Notes: generated from the sequence alone by a model not told the origin. Positions 38,189-48,177 are shown, counted from the first letter of the stretch. The stretch is 64,000 nt of DNA from an uncultured Acidobacteriota bacterium (GCA_963701315.1 OY969603.1:2896394-2960393), one strand, 5' to 3'. A program made the numbers and translations.

Positions 38189-38815
38189 TCATGACTCCGG
38201 ACGCACGCGTCCAGTGATCAGGAACACTGGATAGTCGCGGCCGTTCCGATGGTGGGTGAACGCCGTGGTATCCGCCAGTTCGTCGAAACCAGCTGCGGCC
38301 AGCAGGGTCTTCAATTCGTGGCGGTCGAAGCCCAGATGGAACACGTCGGTCGCGTCCGGTGTGTGGAACGTACCGTCTTCCCGGTCGAGGTCGGCCAGCG
38401 CTACCTGCCCGCCCGGTCGGAGGTGCGCGTGGAAACGGGCAAACAGCGAGGCGAGATCCGAGACATGGTGCAGGGACATGCTGCTGACGATCAAATCGTA
38501 GACTCCGGAGAGCGCGTAGCCATCGTCCGGCCGGAGGAACAGCGTCGTCACGGAGTTCAAGTTCCGCTCGCGCAGCTTGCCTGCCAGTACGTCGAGCATG
38601 CCCTGCGATGTGTCCGCCCCGGTCACCCGACGGACGAACGGTTGCACGGCCAGTGTCAGCAGGCCGGTGCCGCACCCGACATCCAGCACGTCCATCGCCA
38701 GGGTCAGCCCGATCTGGCGTGCGATGGCCTCGCCCACGGCGTTGGCCAGGCGTACGCGGGCGGTGTCGGCGTCCCAGGTGGACGCCATCTGATCGAACCG
38801 GCGAGTGTCAGTCAT
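38189..38815 (-). CDS. class I SAM-dependent methyltransferase (small-molecule type)
   Basis: VLDVGCGTGLLT (motif I), then DLIVSSMSLHHV and LRPGGQVAL. 208 aa. Confidence 0.85.
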   Translation of the reverse strand: MTDTRRFDQMASTWDADTARVRLANAVGEAIARQIGLTLAMDVLDVGCGTGLLTLAVQPFVRRVTGADTSQGMLDVLAGKLRERNLNSVTTLFLRPDDGYALSGVYDLIVSSMSLHHVSDLASLFARFHAHLRPGGQVALADLDREDGTFHTPDATDVFHLGFDRHELKTLLAAAGFDELADTTAFTHHRNGRDYPVFLITGRVRPES

Positions 38816-38952
38816 GGGAAGGGTCGGTCGATCGATGCGCTGACCGCTTCTTGTCTGATGCTACCATGCGGCGGGAAGGCAGTCAGGGCGGGGCCATCCG
38901 CTCTTCCGATTCGCGTGTTTGTCTGACCGCTTCGCATCGACGTTTCCACGCG

Positions 38953-38998
38953 CCTGTTAACCGGAGGGTTAGAGGTTCGAGTCCCACCTGAGGAGCCA
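38953..38998 (+). other. tRNA-Asn(GTT)-like 3' fragment (anticodon loop to CCA), not a functional tRNA
   Basis: CTGTTAACCGGAGGGTTAGAGGTTCGAGTCCCACCTGAGGAGCCA aligns base-for-base with the 3' half of bacterial tRNA-Asn (…CTGTTAA…GGTTCGAGTCC…GAGGAGCCA). There is no matching 5' acceptor strand upstream, and the 5' side of the T stem is disrupted. Confidence 0.7.
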
Positions 38999-39175
38999 AG
39001 CACATCGAACGCTCGAATCCCCAGGTTCAGCGGGGCGCGGAATACCAATACATGAGGATATTGCAAACCGAACTCCGCTGGTGATATACGTTGGCCGCCG
39101 ACCGATTCCGTCCTTCTTCGTGCCGGAAGGAACGTGGAAGATGGTGTTCGTTCGGCGATCGGAAGGAGATCGGCC

Positions 39176-40702
39176 ATGGGCTCGATTCGCAAGTGGATTC
39201 TCTTCTCATCTTCTCTCGGACTGATTGGCGCCGCAGCCTGCACGCAGAACCCCGAGCAGCAGGCAGGACAAAAGGCGCAGCCCGACGTGAAAGCCACCGT
39301 CAAATGGGACAAAACCATCGTCGTTTCGAAATCGACGCCCACGTTGCAGGTGGTCGTCAACCCTCCGCTGGAGCATGGCCAGCCGATGCAAATCGGCGCC
39401 TACGCGGCTTTGAAAGACCTGGGTGCGGACTACGTGCGCTATGTGCCTTGGCTGCCGTATCCCAAGCTGGCCGTGGCCGAGCTCGAGCCGCCGACCAAGG
39501 ACAAGACATCGTGGGACTTTTCTCTCATCGATCCCATGACCAAGGATTTTCTCGCCGCCCAGGAAGGGCACTCGACAGTGATGAACTTCTCCACGATTCC
39601 GCAGTGGATGTTCAAGACCGACAAGCCCATCGCGTATCCTGCCGACCCCGACCGGGTGACGTGGGACTACGAGAAAGGCACGGAGCTGCGCGACCCCAGC
39701 ATGAAGGAGCTGGGCGACTACTACAACCGCCTAGTGAGCTGGTACGTGAATGGCGGATTCAAGGACGAGAACGGCGTGCAGCACACCTCGGGCTACCACT
39801 ACAAGTTCCCGGTGTGGGAAGTGCTGAACGAAGTTGAGTCGGAGCATACGACCACGCCTGAAATGTACACGAGGGAATACGATGCCATCGTGGACGGCAT
39901 TCGCCGCGCCAGCCCCAGCACCAAGTTCATGGGCATGGCGCTGGGAGGGCCGAGCGATCATCCGGACTTTGTGGAGTATTTCCTCGACCCCAAGCATCAC
40001 AAGGCCGGCATCCCGCTCGACTTCATCTCCTACCACTTCTACGCGACGCCTACGCGCCGGCAGACCATCGACCAGTGGCAGTACACGTTCTTCGACCAGG
40101 CGGACGGATTCCTGCACACGGTGCGCTACATCGAGGGCATCCGCAAGCGCCTGTCGCCACCGACCAAGACGGATACCGATGAGTTGGGCGTGATTCTGCC
40201 CACCGACAACACCGATGCGGACAAAGTGGCTCCGCCACCGGAGTACTGGAACCTGGCCGGGTCGCTCTACGCCTACCTCTACATGCAGCTCTCGCGGCAG
40301 GGGATCGACATCATCGGCGAGTCGCAGCTAGTTGGATACCCGACGCAGTTTCCCAGCGTGAGCATGATGAACTGGGCGGACAACAAGCCCAACGCGCGCT
40401 TTTGGGTACTGAAGCTGATCAAGGACAACTTCCATGCGGGCGACAAGCTGGTGGATGGGAGCCTTGACGGAGCGAACTCGTCGGATGTGGAGGGGCAGGC
40501 GTTTATCACGTCGAGCGGCCGCAAGGCGCTGCTCGCCAACAAGCGCAACCAGACGATCAGCGTGGTTCTCCCAGAGGCCGACAAGGCAACCGCGGTTACG
40601 GTGGACCTGCAGACCGGCGACGGCCCGGCGCGCAGCGTGTCGGTGACCGATGGCAAAATCAAACTCGAGCCCTTTGCCGTGACGGTCGTGAGCTGGCAAT
40701 GA
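39176..40702 (+). CDS. lipoprotein glycoside hydrolase, clan GH-A (GH39-like)
   Basis: AGGAGA RBS and lipobox LIGAAAC. Motifs WEVLNEVE (acid/base NE motif) and FISYHFY. The family call is approximate. Confidence 0.7.
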   Translation: MGSIRKWILFSSSLGLIGAAACTQNPEQQAGQKAQPDVKATVKWDKTIVVSKSTPTLQVVVNPPLEHGQPMQIGAYAALKDLGADYVRYVPWLPYPKLAVAELEPPTKDKTSWDFSLIDPMTKDFLAAQEGHSTVMNFSTIPQWMFKTDKPIAYPADPDRVTWDYEKGTELRDPSMKELGDYYNRLVSWYVNGGFKDENGVQHTSGYHYKFPVWEVLNEVESEHTTTPEMYTREYDAIVDGIRRASPSTKFMGMALGGPSDHPDFVEYFLDPKHHKAGIPLDFISYHFYATPTRRQTIDQWQYTFFDQADGFLHTVRYIEGIRKRLSPPTKTDTDELGVILPTDNTDADKVAPPPEYWNLAGSLYAYLYMQLSRQGIDIIGESQLVGYPTQFPSVSMMNWADNKPNARFWVLKLIKDNFHAGDKLVDGSLDGANSSDVEGQAFITSSGRKALLANKRNQTISVVLPEADKATAVTVDLQTGDGPARSVSVTDGKIKLEPFAVTVVSWQ

Positions 40703-41055
40703 CAACTCCTCAAATGCAATCCGCCGAAGGCGAGCCGCCGAAGCGGTTTGCCTTCATCCTGCGGCTCAATCCCGGCGTGGGCGACGAGTATGACAAGGCC
40801 CACGCCGCTGTGTGGCCGGAGATGCTGGAACTGCTGAAGAGCGCAGGCATCCACGAGTATTCGATCTTCCGGCGCGACGAACTGCTGTTCCTTACGTTCA
40901 AGGCGGTGGATTTCGAGGCGACGTGGAGCCGGCTCGAAAATCACCCGGTGAACCTGCGCTGGCAGGAGTACATGGCGCCCAAGTTTGCGCCGCACGAGGG
41001 GTTGCGCCCCGGCGAGCGCTTCCCGATGATGGAAGAGGTTTTCTACATGCCGTGA
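40699..41055 (+). CDS. rhaM: L-rhamnose mutarotase
   Basis: ATGA start/stop overlap with the GH gene. Motifs RFAFILRLNPGVGDEYDKAHAAVWPEMLELLKSAGIHEYSIF... and ...NLRWQEYM are typical of the RhaM/YiiL family. Confidence 0.85.
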   Translation: MTTPQMQSAEGEPPKRFAFILRLNPGVGDEYDKAHAAVWPEMLELLKSAGIHEYSIFRRDELLFLTFKAVDFEATWSRLENHPVNLRWQEYMAPKFAPHEGLRPGERFPMMEEVFYMP

Positions 41056-41086
41056 GCGTGTATCCCGCTCGAGCCGCAAGAGGTAA

Positions 41087-42568
41087 ATGCCCAGGGAGGG
41101 TCGAGGACAGAGTTTCGATTTGGGGGGACGAGTGACGACCACGGAGAAGCGGCCGCTCCGCGTGGGCCTGTGCGGAATCGGTCTCGACGCTTACTGGCCG
41201 CAATTCGCGGGACTTGAAGGGCGGCTCAAAGGTTACGTGGCGCAAGTGGCGGCGCGGCTGGAGCGGCCCGGCGTTGAAGTGGTGAATCTGGGCCTGATCG
41301 ATACGCCGCACCGATCGCGCGACGCCGGGCACCAGTGCCGCCGCGAAGACATCGACGTGCTGTTCCTCTACGTCACCACCTACGCGCTCTCCAACACCGT
41401 GCTGCCGCTCGTGCAGCGCGCCGGCGTGCCCGTGATCGTGCTCAATCTACAGCCGGGCGCCGCGATCGACTACGACGCGTTCAACGAGCTCGAAGATCGC
41501 ACGGCGATGACCGGCGCCTGGCTCGCCTACTGCTCGGCATGCCCGGTTCCCGAGATCGCCAACGTCATGTCGCGCGCGGGAATCGCCTTCCACCAGGTAA
41601 CCGGCGTGCTCGATGGAGAGGCGACGCGGGCTCAGATCGAGCAGTGGCTGGCGGCGGCGCGGGTGCGCTCGGCGCTGTCGTCGGCGCGGCTCGGCCTGAT
41701 GGGCCACTACTACAGCGGCATGCTCGACATCATGACCGACGTGACGCTGGTCTCCATCGCCTTCGGCATGCATACGGAGATCGTCGAGGTCGACGAGCTC
41801 AGTGCGCTCGTGGCCGAGGTCGACTCGGCCGCCATCGATCGCCGCGTCGCCGAGTTCCACGACAGCTTCGACGTGCAACCCGACTGCCCCGCCGATGAGT
41901 TGCGCCGGGCAGCGCGCACATCCGTGGCGCTCGATGCCTTTGTCGCGCAGCACGAGCTCGACGCCATGGCCTATTACTATGAGGGCTCGGGCGTGCCGGC
42001 GAACGAAGACACCATGAGCTCCATCATCCTCGGCACTTCCCTGCTGACGGCGCGGCACATTCCTGTGGCCGGCGAGTACGAAGTGAAGAACGCGCTGGCC
42101 ATGAAGATCATGGACTGCCTTGGCGCCGGCGGCTCGTTCACCGAGTGCTACGCGATGGACTTCAACGACGACCTTGTGCTGATGGGTCACGACGGACCCG
42201 GCCACATCGCCATTGCCGAAGGCAAGACCAAGGTCCGCCCGTTGCACGTCTATCACGGCAAGGTGGGGCGCGGGCTTTCGGTGGAGATGAGCGTGAAGTA
42301 TGGGCCGGTCACGCTGCTCTCGGTGGTCGAAGACGCGAAGTCGCGGTTCAAGCTGCTGGCCGCCGAAGGCGAGTGTGTCGCTGGCCCGATCTTGGAGATC
42401 GGCAACACCAACAGCCGCTACCGTTTCCCGCTGGGCGCGCGCGGATTCGTGAACGCGTGGAACGCGCAGGGACCGGCGCATCATTGCGCTGTGGGCGTGG
42501 GGCATGTGGCGGCAACGCTGCAAAAAGTCGCGGCCATCATGGGCATTGGCTTCCAGCGCGTGTGCTGA
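41087..42568 (+). CDS. L-arabinose/L-fucose isomerase family sugar isomerase
   Basis: ...LRVGLCGIGLDAYWPQFAGL..., GHDGPGH and a length of about 480-490 aa. The start may instead be GTG at 41132, which is preceded by a G-rich RBS. Confidence 0.75.
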   Translation: MPREGRGQSFDLGGRVTTTEKRPLRVGLCGIGLDAYWPQFAGLEGRLKGYVAQVAARLERPGVEVVNLGLIDTPHRSRDAGHQCRREDIDVLFLYVTTYALSNTVLPLVQRAGVPVIVLNLQPGAAIDYDAFNELEDRTAMTGAWLAYCSACPVPEIANVMSRAGIAFHQVTGVLDGEATRAQIEQWLAAARVRSALSSARLGLMGHYYSGMLDIMTDVTLVSIAFGMHTEIVEVDELSALVAEVDSAAIDRRVAEFHDSFDVQPDCPADELRRAARTSVALDAFVAQHELDAMAYYYEGSGVPANEDTMSSIILGTSLLTARHIPVAGEYEVKNALAMKIMDCLGAGGSFTECYAMDFNDDLVLMGHDGPGHIAIAEGKTKVRPLHVYHGKVGRGLSVEMSVKYGPVTLLSVVEDAKSRFKLLAAEGECVAGPILEIGNTNSRYRFPLGARGFVNAWNAQGPAHHCAVGVGHVAATLQKVAAIMGIGFQRVC

Positions 42569-42580
42569 GGCGGCGGCGAA

Positions 42581-42904
42581 TCATTCGGGCGCGTCGGGAC
42601 CCAGCTTTTGCGGCGTGATCTCATCGCTGACAGCGGGTTTGTGCAGCGGCTTGGTGCTGTGGAGCTCTTGGAACATGGCCCGGGCCTCTTGCTGCGCCTC
42701 CCGGTTACCTGTGGCGCGCTCAGCCTGCGAGAGGCGGTACCAGGCCACTTCGTCGCCCGGATCCAACCGCGACTGGATGCTCTGGCTGCTCGCGGTGGCC
42801 AACCAGTATCGCATCGTCCCTGCGCCTACGATCTCCGGGACGACCCCAGACTCCATGACCTCGCCCGTCGCGTCGGCATCCCTCGCGTCTGACCAGCTAA
42901 TCAA
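42581..42904 (-). CDS. hypothetical protein, possibly the truncated C-terminus of a TPR-like protein
   Basis: 107-aa ORF with reasonable codon bias. No recognisable motif and no clear RBS. It sits between the sugar cluster and the IS1182 end. Confidence 0.3.
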   Translation of the reverse strand: MISWSDARDADATGEVMESGVVPEIVGAGTMRYWLATASSQSIQSRLDPGDEVAWYRLSQAERATGNREAQQEARAMFQELHSTKPLHKPAVSDEITPQKLGPDAPE

Positions 42905-43364
42905 CTAAGGATCATTTTAGGGGTCTTCACCGTTCCTTGTTGGTTGCACATCAAGAGAAGACACCATGGGATAGCCAACGGCCGGCACCTCCGCCGTGGG
43001 GAACCGGGCCCCGGGCGGGCCGTTCGGTCCAGCGGGATGTGGCGAACAGTCGGTGCGATGGCAACCCACGGGGCGGCGCGCGCCGACTTCCAGGACCAGT
43101 ACCCGGGAAGCCCAGGCGGGTTGCGCCCGGTGTCGGCGTTAGTTCGGTTCATTCTCCACCGGCGACGGGCGCGGGTCGTCTAGAGAAAAGCGCTAGGAGC
43201 GCGTCCGAGTATTGGCCGACGCGCTCCTCAGGAGCGTGTCCGAGCCAGTGACGGGCGTGCTCATGATTCTCGTCATCCTCGCGCGGCCTGCGATCGCGTC
43301 GCCGAGGGCGGTGACGGGCCCCGCGTCCGTGAATGACTGCTAGCCACGCGTGGCTCGCCGCTGC

Positions 43365-43943
43365 TCAGCAGGCCTGCAGGAGTCCGTGGATCTTGAGCAC
43401 GGTGTGACCGAGGCACACAAGCGCCCATTCTCGCTGGACCTTCTCGAGTCCGCGCAAGACGAATTGGCGGAAACCGCGTCCATGCTTCGTCTGACCGAAG
43501 ACCGGTTCCACGATCGCCTTGCGCCACCGATAGACGTCATGGCCGCGCTTCGTCTGCAGCTTCCGCCTCATGCGATCGGTCAGCGTCGCCGCCTTCGGCA
43601 AGGGCCCGCGGGGGCATCGCACCGGCTGCTGATCGTGGGGCTGCCGACCGGTGGCCACGTAGCCGTCGATCCCCGCACTGGCCAGGTACGCCAAGTTCGC
43701 GTCGGAGCAGTAGCCGCTGTCCGCCAAGACCTCGGCCGGCCGCTCGCCAAATTGCGTCTCGATCACCTCGACCATCGGCTGCAGTTGTTGCTTGTCGTTC
43801 GGCTCCTGCGTCACCGCCTGCCCGACGATCAGTTGGCTGACGGGCTCCACGGCGATTTGCGCGTTGTACGCGTGCACAAACCCGTCGGGCCCCGTCATGA
43901 TGCGCGACTCGGGGTCGGTGAAGTTGTACTGCGCCTTCGGATT
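43365..43943 (-). pseudogene. IS1182-family transposase, C-terminal part (DDE domain)
   Basis: …PKAQYNFTDPESRIMTGPDGFVHAYNAQIAVE…ADSGYCS…KAIVEPVFGQTKHGRGFRQFVLRGLEKVQREWALVC… is the typical IS1182/IS5-like C-terminus. Confidence 0.85.
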
Positions 43944-44121
43944 ATGGAGAGCTCTCCATAACGAAGATTATGGTGAGTGCCGCGTTATGCTGCGCGCGGG
44001 CGATGCTCGACGGAATCACGGCCATGTTAGAGGCCGTCGTCCGTTGATCTTCTTTCCATAATCCGGTCTCGGGTGCATTGTCGTTCCTCCACCAGCAGAA
44101 AGGAGGAGCGATGTTTTCGAC

Positions 44122-45360
44122 GTGGTATCCGGCGACGCGCGCGGCCGCTATCGACGCTCCCCACACAAAGCCAGGATCGATCGGATCGGCAGCAGGCTTC
44201 GCCAGCAGCAGTATCTCGATGACGCGATCCGGCATCATCTCCACGAGTGGCTGCGATTCACTCAGTACCTGGATCAACGCGGCGTGACTCGCCCGACGAG
44301 TATCGCTGATGAGTGCGTGCGCCGGTACGTGGCGCGGCGCACGCGAGGTACGAGCGGGAGCCACGGCCGGTTTGTCCGCGCATCCGTCCGTCTCTTCATT
44401 GAGGCGGACGATGACGGTCACTGCCGGCGCCGCGTCGGGACCGCCTCATGGGTGGCGCCGGGCTGGTTTGGCGAGATCCTGACCCGCTACCTCGACTTCG
44501 TTCAGCGACATCGCGGCCTTGCCCGTCGCACGGTGAGTCAGTATGCGCGCAAGCTATCGGTGTTTGCCCAGTACCTGGAGCAGGCGAAGTGCACGCGGCT
44601 CGAGGCGATCGCGCCCCGGCACGTGCGTGCATTCTACGAAAACGCCGACGGCGACCGGCCACGTCGCTCCTACAGCTCGAGCCTCCGTGCGTTCTTCCGG
44701 TGGGCGGCGACACAAGACTTGGTCTCCGCGGTGCTGAGTGATGCGGTTCCCCGTCCGCGACACTATCGGTTAGCGACGCTCCCGGACGTGCTCACCGACG
44801 AGGACGTCGAGCGCATTGTCGCGACCGTGGACCGATCCACGCCGGTGGGGCGACGCGATTGTGCGGTCTTGCTCCTGGCCGCACGGTACGGGCTGCGGCC
44901 GTGCGATATTCGTCAGCTGACGCTTGATCACCTCGATTGGCGCCAGGCATGTATTGAGATCCGGCAGGCCAAAACGGGCCGGCCGCTGGTATTGCCGCTG
45001 CTTCCGGATGTCGCCGATGCCCTCAGTACGTACATCCGGGACGGCCGTCCGCCCTCTCTCAGTCGTGCCATCTTCATCAGGCATCGAGCGCCCTTTGAGC
45101 CGTTTGTCGCTGAAAACAATCTCTCGACCATCATGCGCGCGGCGCTGCACCGAGCGGGTCTGGCTGATCGACCTGGGCGCCGCGGCCTCTACCTGTTCCG
45201 GCACACTCTCGCCACGCGTCTGCTGGCCGCCGGCCATCCGATAAAGACGATCGCCGACGTCCTGGGGCACGCCTCCACTGACACGACGTACGGCTACGCG
45301 CGGATCGAGCTCTCAAATCTCCGCACGGTCGCCATCGCGGAAGCGGAGGTGGATGCATGA
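44122..45360 (+). CDS. ritA: tyrosine recombinase, first of trio (RitA-like)
   Basis: SAM-like N-domain plus catalytic domain: ...LLAARYGLRPCDIRQLTLDHLDW...IRQAKTGRPLVLPL...FRHTLATRLLAAGHPIKTIADVLGHASTDTTYGYARI (R..H-x-x-R..Y). The start is uncertain. Confidence 0.8.
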   Translation: MVSGDARGRYRRSPHKARIDRIGSRLRQQQYLDDAIRHHLHEWLRFTQYLDQRGVTRPTSIADECVRRYVARRTRGTSGSHGRFVRASVRLFIEADDDGHCRRRVGTASWVAPGWFGEILTRYLDFVQRHRGLARRTVSQYARKLSVFAQYLEQAKCTRLEAIAPRHVRAFYENADGDRPRRSYSSSLRAFFRWAATQDLVSAVLSDAVPRPRHYRLATLPDVLTDEDVERIVATVDRSTPVGRRDCAVLLLAARYGLRPCDIRQLTLDHLDWRQACIEIRQAKTGRPLVLPLLPDVADALSTYIRDGRPPSLSRAIFIRHRAPFEPFVAENNLSTIMRAALHRAGLADRPGRRGLYLFRHTLATRLLAAGHPIKTIADVLGHASTDTTYGYARIELSNLRTVAIAEAEVDA

Positions 45361-46358
45361 CGGCTTCCGCCTACGCCACGACGTTCGGTTCGCCGCTCGC
45401 GTCGCAGCTCGAGCGATTCCTGGCGCTCAAGCGCGCGATGGGCTATCGCTACCGCGATGAATCGCGGTTGCTCCGTGAGTTGGATCATTTCCTCACGGCA
45501 CGCCTGGCGTCGATGTCTGATCCGGTTCTCACACTGGCGGTCGCGCGCGACTATGTCGCCCGTCGCGGGAAGGAATCCGATGCGACCCGCGCCCATCGTC
45601 TCACGATCATCAGAGAAGTCAGCCGATTCCTGCGGCTGGAAGACCCGCGCACGGAGGTTCCAGGGCCGAGATTCCTCGCGATTGCACGGCACACGTTTGT
45701 GCCGCGGGTGCTCAGTCGCGAGGAGGGCCGCCGGTTCCTTCAGGCCTGCGACCACCTATCCCAAGACCCCCGATCGCCGATCCGGCACGTGGTGCTGGGC
45801 ACGGCCCTGCGGCTGTTGTATCTCACCGGGCTGCGCCGCGGCGAGGTCCTCCGGCTCACGCTGGCCGACGTCGATCCGAATGCCGGCGTCTTGCAGATTC
45901 ACCACACCAAGTTTGGCAAGTCGCGCCTGGTTCCGGTCGCTCCAGATCTCGCCCGACGCCTTACAGAATGTCGACGCGTCGTCCAAGCGCGCCTCGGACC
46001 CCGTGATCCGGAGACGCCGTTCTTTCCGCGGTCCACCGGTCGTCGGTACGGACCCTCCGCACTTCGCCGGGCATTTCATCAGACTCTGGATCTCGCAGGA
46101 ATTCCTCGTGTGCGCGGTGGCCGCCGTCTCCGCCTCCACGACCTTCGGCATTCCTGGGCAGTGCTGCGCCTCACGTTGTGGTGTGAGCAGAATGTCGACC
46201 TTGGGGCGAAGCTGCCACTCCTCGCGACGTACCTCGGTCATGTCGACTTGACCAGCTCCCAGCGGTATCTGCAGCTGACGCAAGACCTCGTCGCCGAGGT
46301 GACCCGTCGCCATCAAGCGCGCTTCGGCCATCTCATTTGCGAAGGGAGGGCCTCGTGA
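45357..46358 (+). CDS. ritB: tyrosine recombinase, second of trio (RitB-like)
   Basis: ATGA overlap with ritA. ...LLYLTGLRRGEVLRLTLADVD...HHTKFGKSRLVPV...LHDLRHSWAV...YLGHVDLTSSQRYL. Confidence 0.8.
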   Translation: MTASAYATTFGSPLASQLERFLALKRAMGYRYRDESRLLRELDHFLTARLASMSDPVLTLAVARDYVARRGKESDATRAHRLTIIREVSRFLRLEDPRTEVPGPRFLAIARHTFVPRVLSREEGRRFLQACDHLSQDPRSPIRHVVLGTALRLLYLTGLRRGEVLRLTLADVDPNAGVLQIHHTKFGKSRLVPVAPDLARRLTECRRVVQARLGPRDPETPFFPRSTGRRYGPSALRRAFHQTLDLAGIPRVRGGRRLRLHDLRHSWAVLRLTLWCEQNVDLGAKLPLLATYLGHVDLTSSQRYLQLTQDLVAEVTRRHQARFGHLICEGRAS

Positions 46359-47359
46359 GGCTGCCGATGCTCTCCGCCTTGATCACCGACTTCTTTGTTC
46401 GCCATCTGGCGTCCGAGCGAAATGTCAGCGCTCACACGACGATCGCCTATCGCGATGCCGTGAAACTCTTCCTTCGCTTCGCCTCGATGCGCTGCCACCG
46501 GGAGATCGACGAGCTCACGATCAGCGACCTCAGCGCCGATGCCGTGCTGGAGTTCCTCGCCGACCTTGAGACGCATCGCGGCAATGCCGTGCGGACCCGC
46601 AACGCTCGCCTGGCAGCCCTGCAGACCTTCTTTCGGTACGTCGCGACACGCGAGCCGGTGCTGGCCAGCCACTGCCATCCGATTTTCGCGATTCCAACCA
46701 AGAAGACGAGCCGCCCCGTCCTCGGCTACCTGAGCGAACAGGAGCTGGCGCATCTCCTCGCACAAGTCGACCGCTCCGGTGTCAATGGCGAACGCGACTA
46801 CGTGCTGCTCGCCGTGCTGTACGACACCGGCGCTCGCATTCAAGAGGTCCTCGACCTCGTCCCTCAGGACTTTCACTTCGACGCTCCGGCCTATGTGCGC
46901 GTCCGCGGGAAGGGACGTCGCGAACGACTCTGCCCGCTCCTTCCGCAGACCGCCCGTCTCATCCGACGATTTCTGACCGCGCAGCGGCGGACTCCCGGAG
47001 ACGCACGCCCGTTGCTGCAAAATCGGCGAGGCGCCCGATTGACCCGACACGGTGCGCGGTACTTGCTGCTGAAGCACCTCCATCGCGCCGCCGCTTCGAT
47101 GCCGAGTCTCGCTCGGCCCAAGATCAGCCCGCATACGCTTCGCCACACCAAAGCGATGCACCTGCTACAGTCAGGCGTCCCGCTCATCACCGTCAAAGAC
47201 TTCCTCGGTCACGTCGACCTGACGTCGACCGAGGTGTACGTCCAAGCCGACCTGGAGATGAAACGACAGGCGCTCGCAGGCGCAGGCGGGCCCCATGCGG
47301 TCCCCGGTCGACGCCTGCGCTTGCCGTCAGGCCTCATCGCCTGGCTCGAGTCGCTATAG
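46355..47359 (+). CDS. ritC: tyrosine recombinase, third of trio (RitC-like)
   Basis: GTGA overlap with ritB (an in-frame ATG at 46337 is also possible). ...VLYDTGARIQEVLDL...VRGKGRRERLCPL...PHTLRHTKAMHLLQSGVPLITVKDFLGHVDLTSTEVYV. Confidence 0.8.
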   Translation: MRLPMLSALITDFFVRHLASERNVSAHTTIAYRDAVKLFLRFASMRCHREIDELTISDLSADAVLEFLADLETHRGNAVRTRNARLAALQTFFRYVATREPVLASHCHPIFAIPTKKTSRPVLGYLSEQELAHLLAQVDRSGVNGERDYVLLAVLYDTGARIQEVLDLVPQDFHFDAPAYVRVRGKGRRERLCPLLPQTARLIRRFLTAQRRTPGDARPLLQNRRGARLTRHGARYLLLKHLHRAAASMPSLARPKISPHTLRHTKAMHLLQSGVPLITVKDFLGHVDLTSTEVYVQADLEMKRQALAGAGGPHAVPGRRLRLPSGLIAWLESL

Positions 47360-47457
47360 TCCGATATGGGAAGCCGGCGATCGCCCCTGCCAGCAGATCG
47401 TTCCGGAAGATCACGATCTCCGCCGCAGCTTCCCATAACGCGGCACTCACCATAATT

Positions 47458-48177
47458 CGGATCGGGAACCGCGTCCGATTGCTCGGCCGGGGCGGCCTCG
47501 GCTTTCGCGCGCGCCTCCAAGACCCGCTTCGCTTCGCGGATCCGCGCCAGTCGAGTCTCTCGGCGCTGCAGCTCCGGGGGCAGCTCGTCCCCGCGACGAT
47601 CGCGCCCGTGCGTCGCGTCCTCTTGCGCGTCGGTCGCCTCCGCCTGGGTCAGCAGATGATGGACCTCGGTGGCCAACGTCGCTTCGCGTTCCTGCATCCG
47701 CCCGTAACTCATCGCCTGGTGTTTCGAGGCGTTCGCCTTCACCTTACTGCCGTCGATCGCGACGCGCCCGACGCTGACGGCGCCCGCTTCCCGCGCCATC
47801 TGCAAGACCTGAACGAACAGGCCTTCCAACGCGGCCAGATGGATCTTCCGAAAGTCCGCGATCGTGCGAAAGTCAGGCGTGTTGCCGGCGGCCAACACGC
47901 GAAACGCCACATCGTCCACCAAGCGGCGCGCGATCCTGCGCGACGAGAAGACCCCGGTGCAATAGCCGTACACCAGCACCTTCGTCATCATCGCCGGGTG
48001 ATAGGGCGGCTGGCCCCGATCGTCACGCTCGTAGACCGACGTGATCGCCGACAAATCCAAGACGTCCACCAGGTCGCTCACGAAGAACGCAAGATGATCG
48101 TCGGGCAGCCACTCGCGCAGGCTCGGCGGCAACAACAAGCTCTGTTCGGGCAGATACGTCTTGTACGACTTCGCCAT
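47458..48177 (-). pseudogene. IS1182-family transposase, N-terminal part
   Basis: MAKSYKTYLPEQSLLLPPSLREWLPDDHLAFFVSDLVDVLDLS...GQPPYHPAMMTKVLVYGYCTGVFSSRRIA... is the typical IS1182 N-terminus. The track ORF reads on into the RIT terminal repeat. Confidence 0.85.

Larger units (their letters stand above)
43944..47457 (+). mobile_element. RIT (recombinase-in-trio) element: three tandem overlapping tyrosine recombinase genes bounded by inverted repeats
   Basis: Perfect 23-bp IR ATTATGGTGAGTGCCGCGTTATG at 43967-43989, with its reverse complement at 47434-47456. Three integrase genes have 4-nt overlaps. The flanks restore the IS1182 transposase ORF. Confidence 0.8.
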
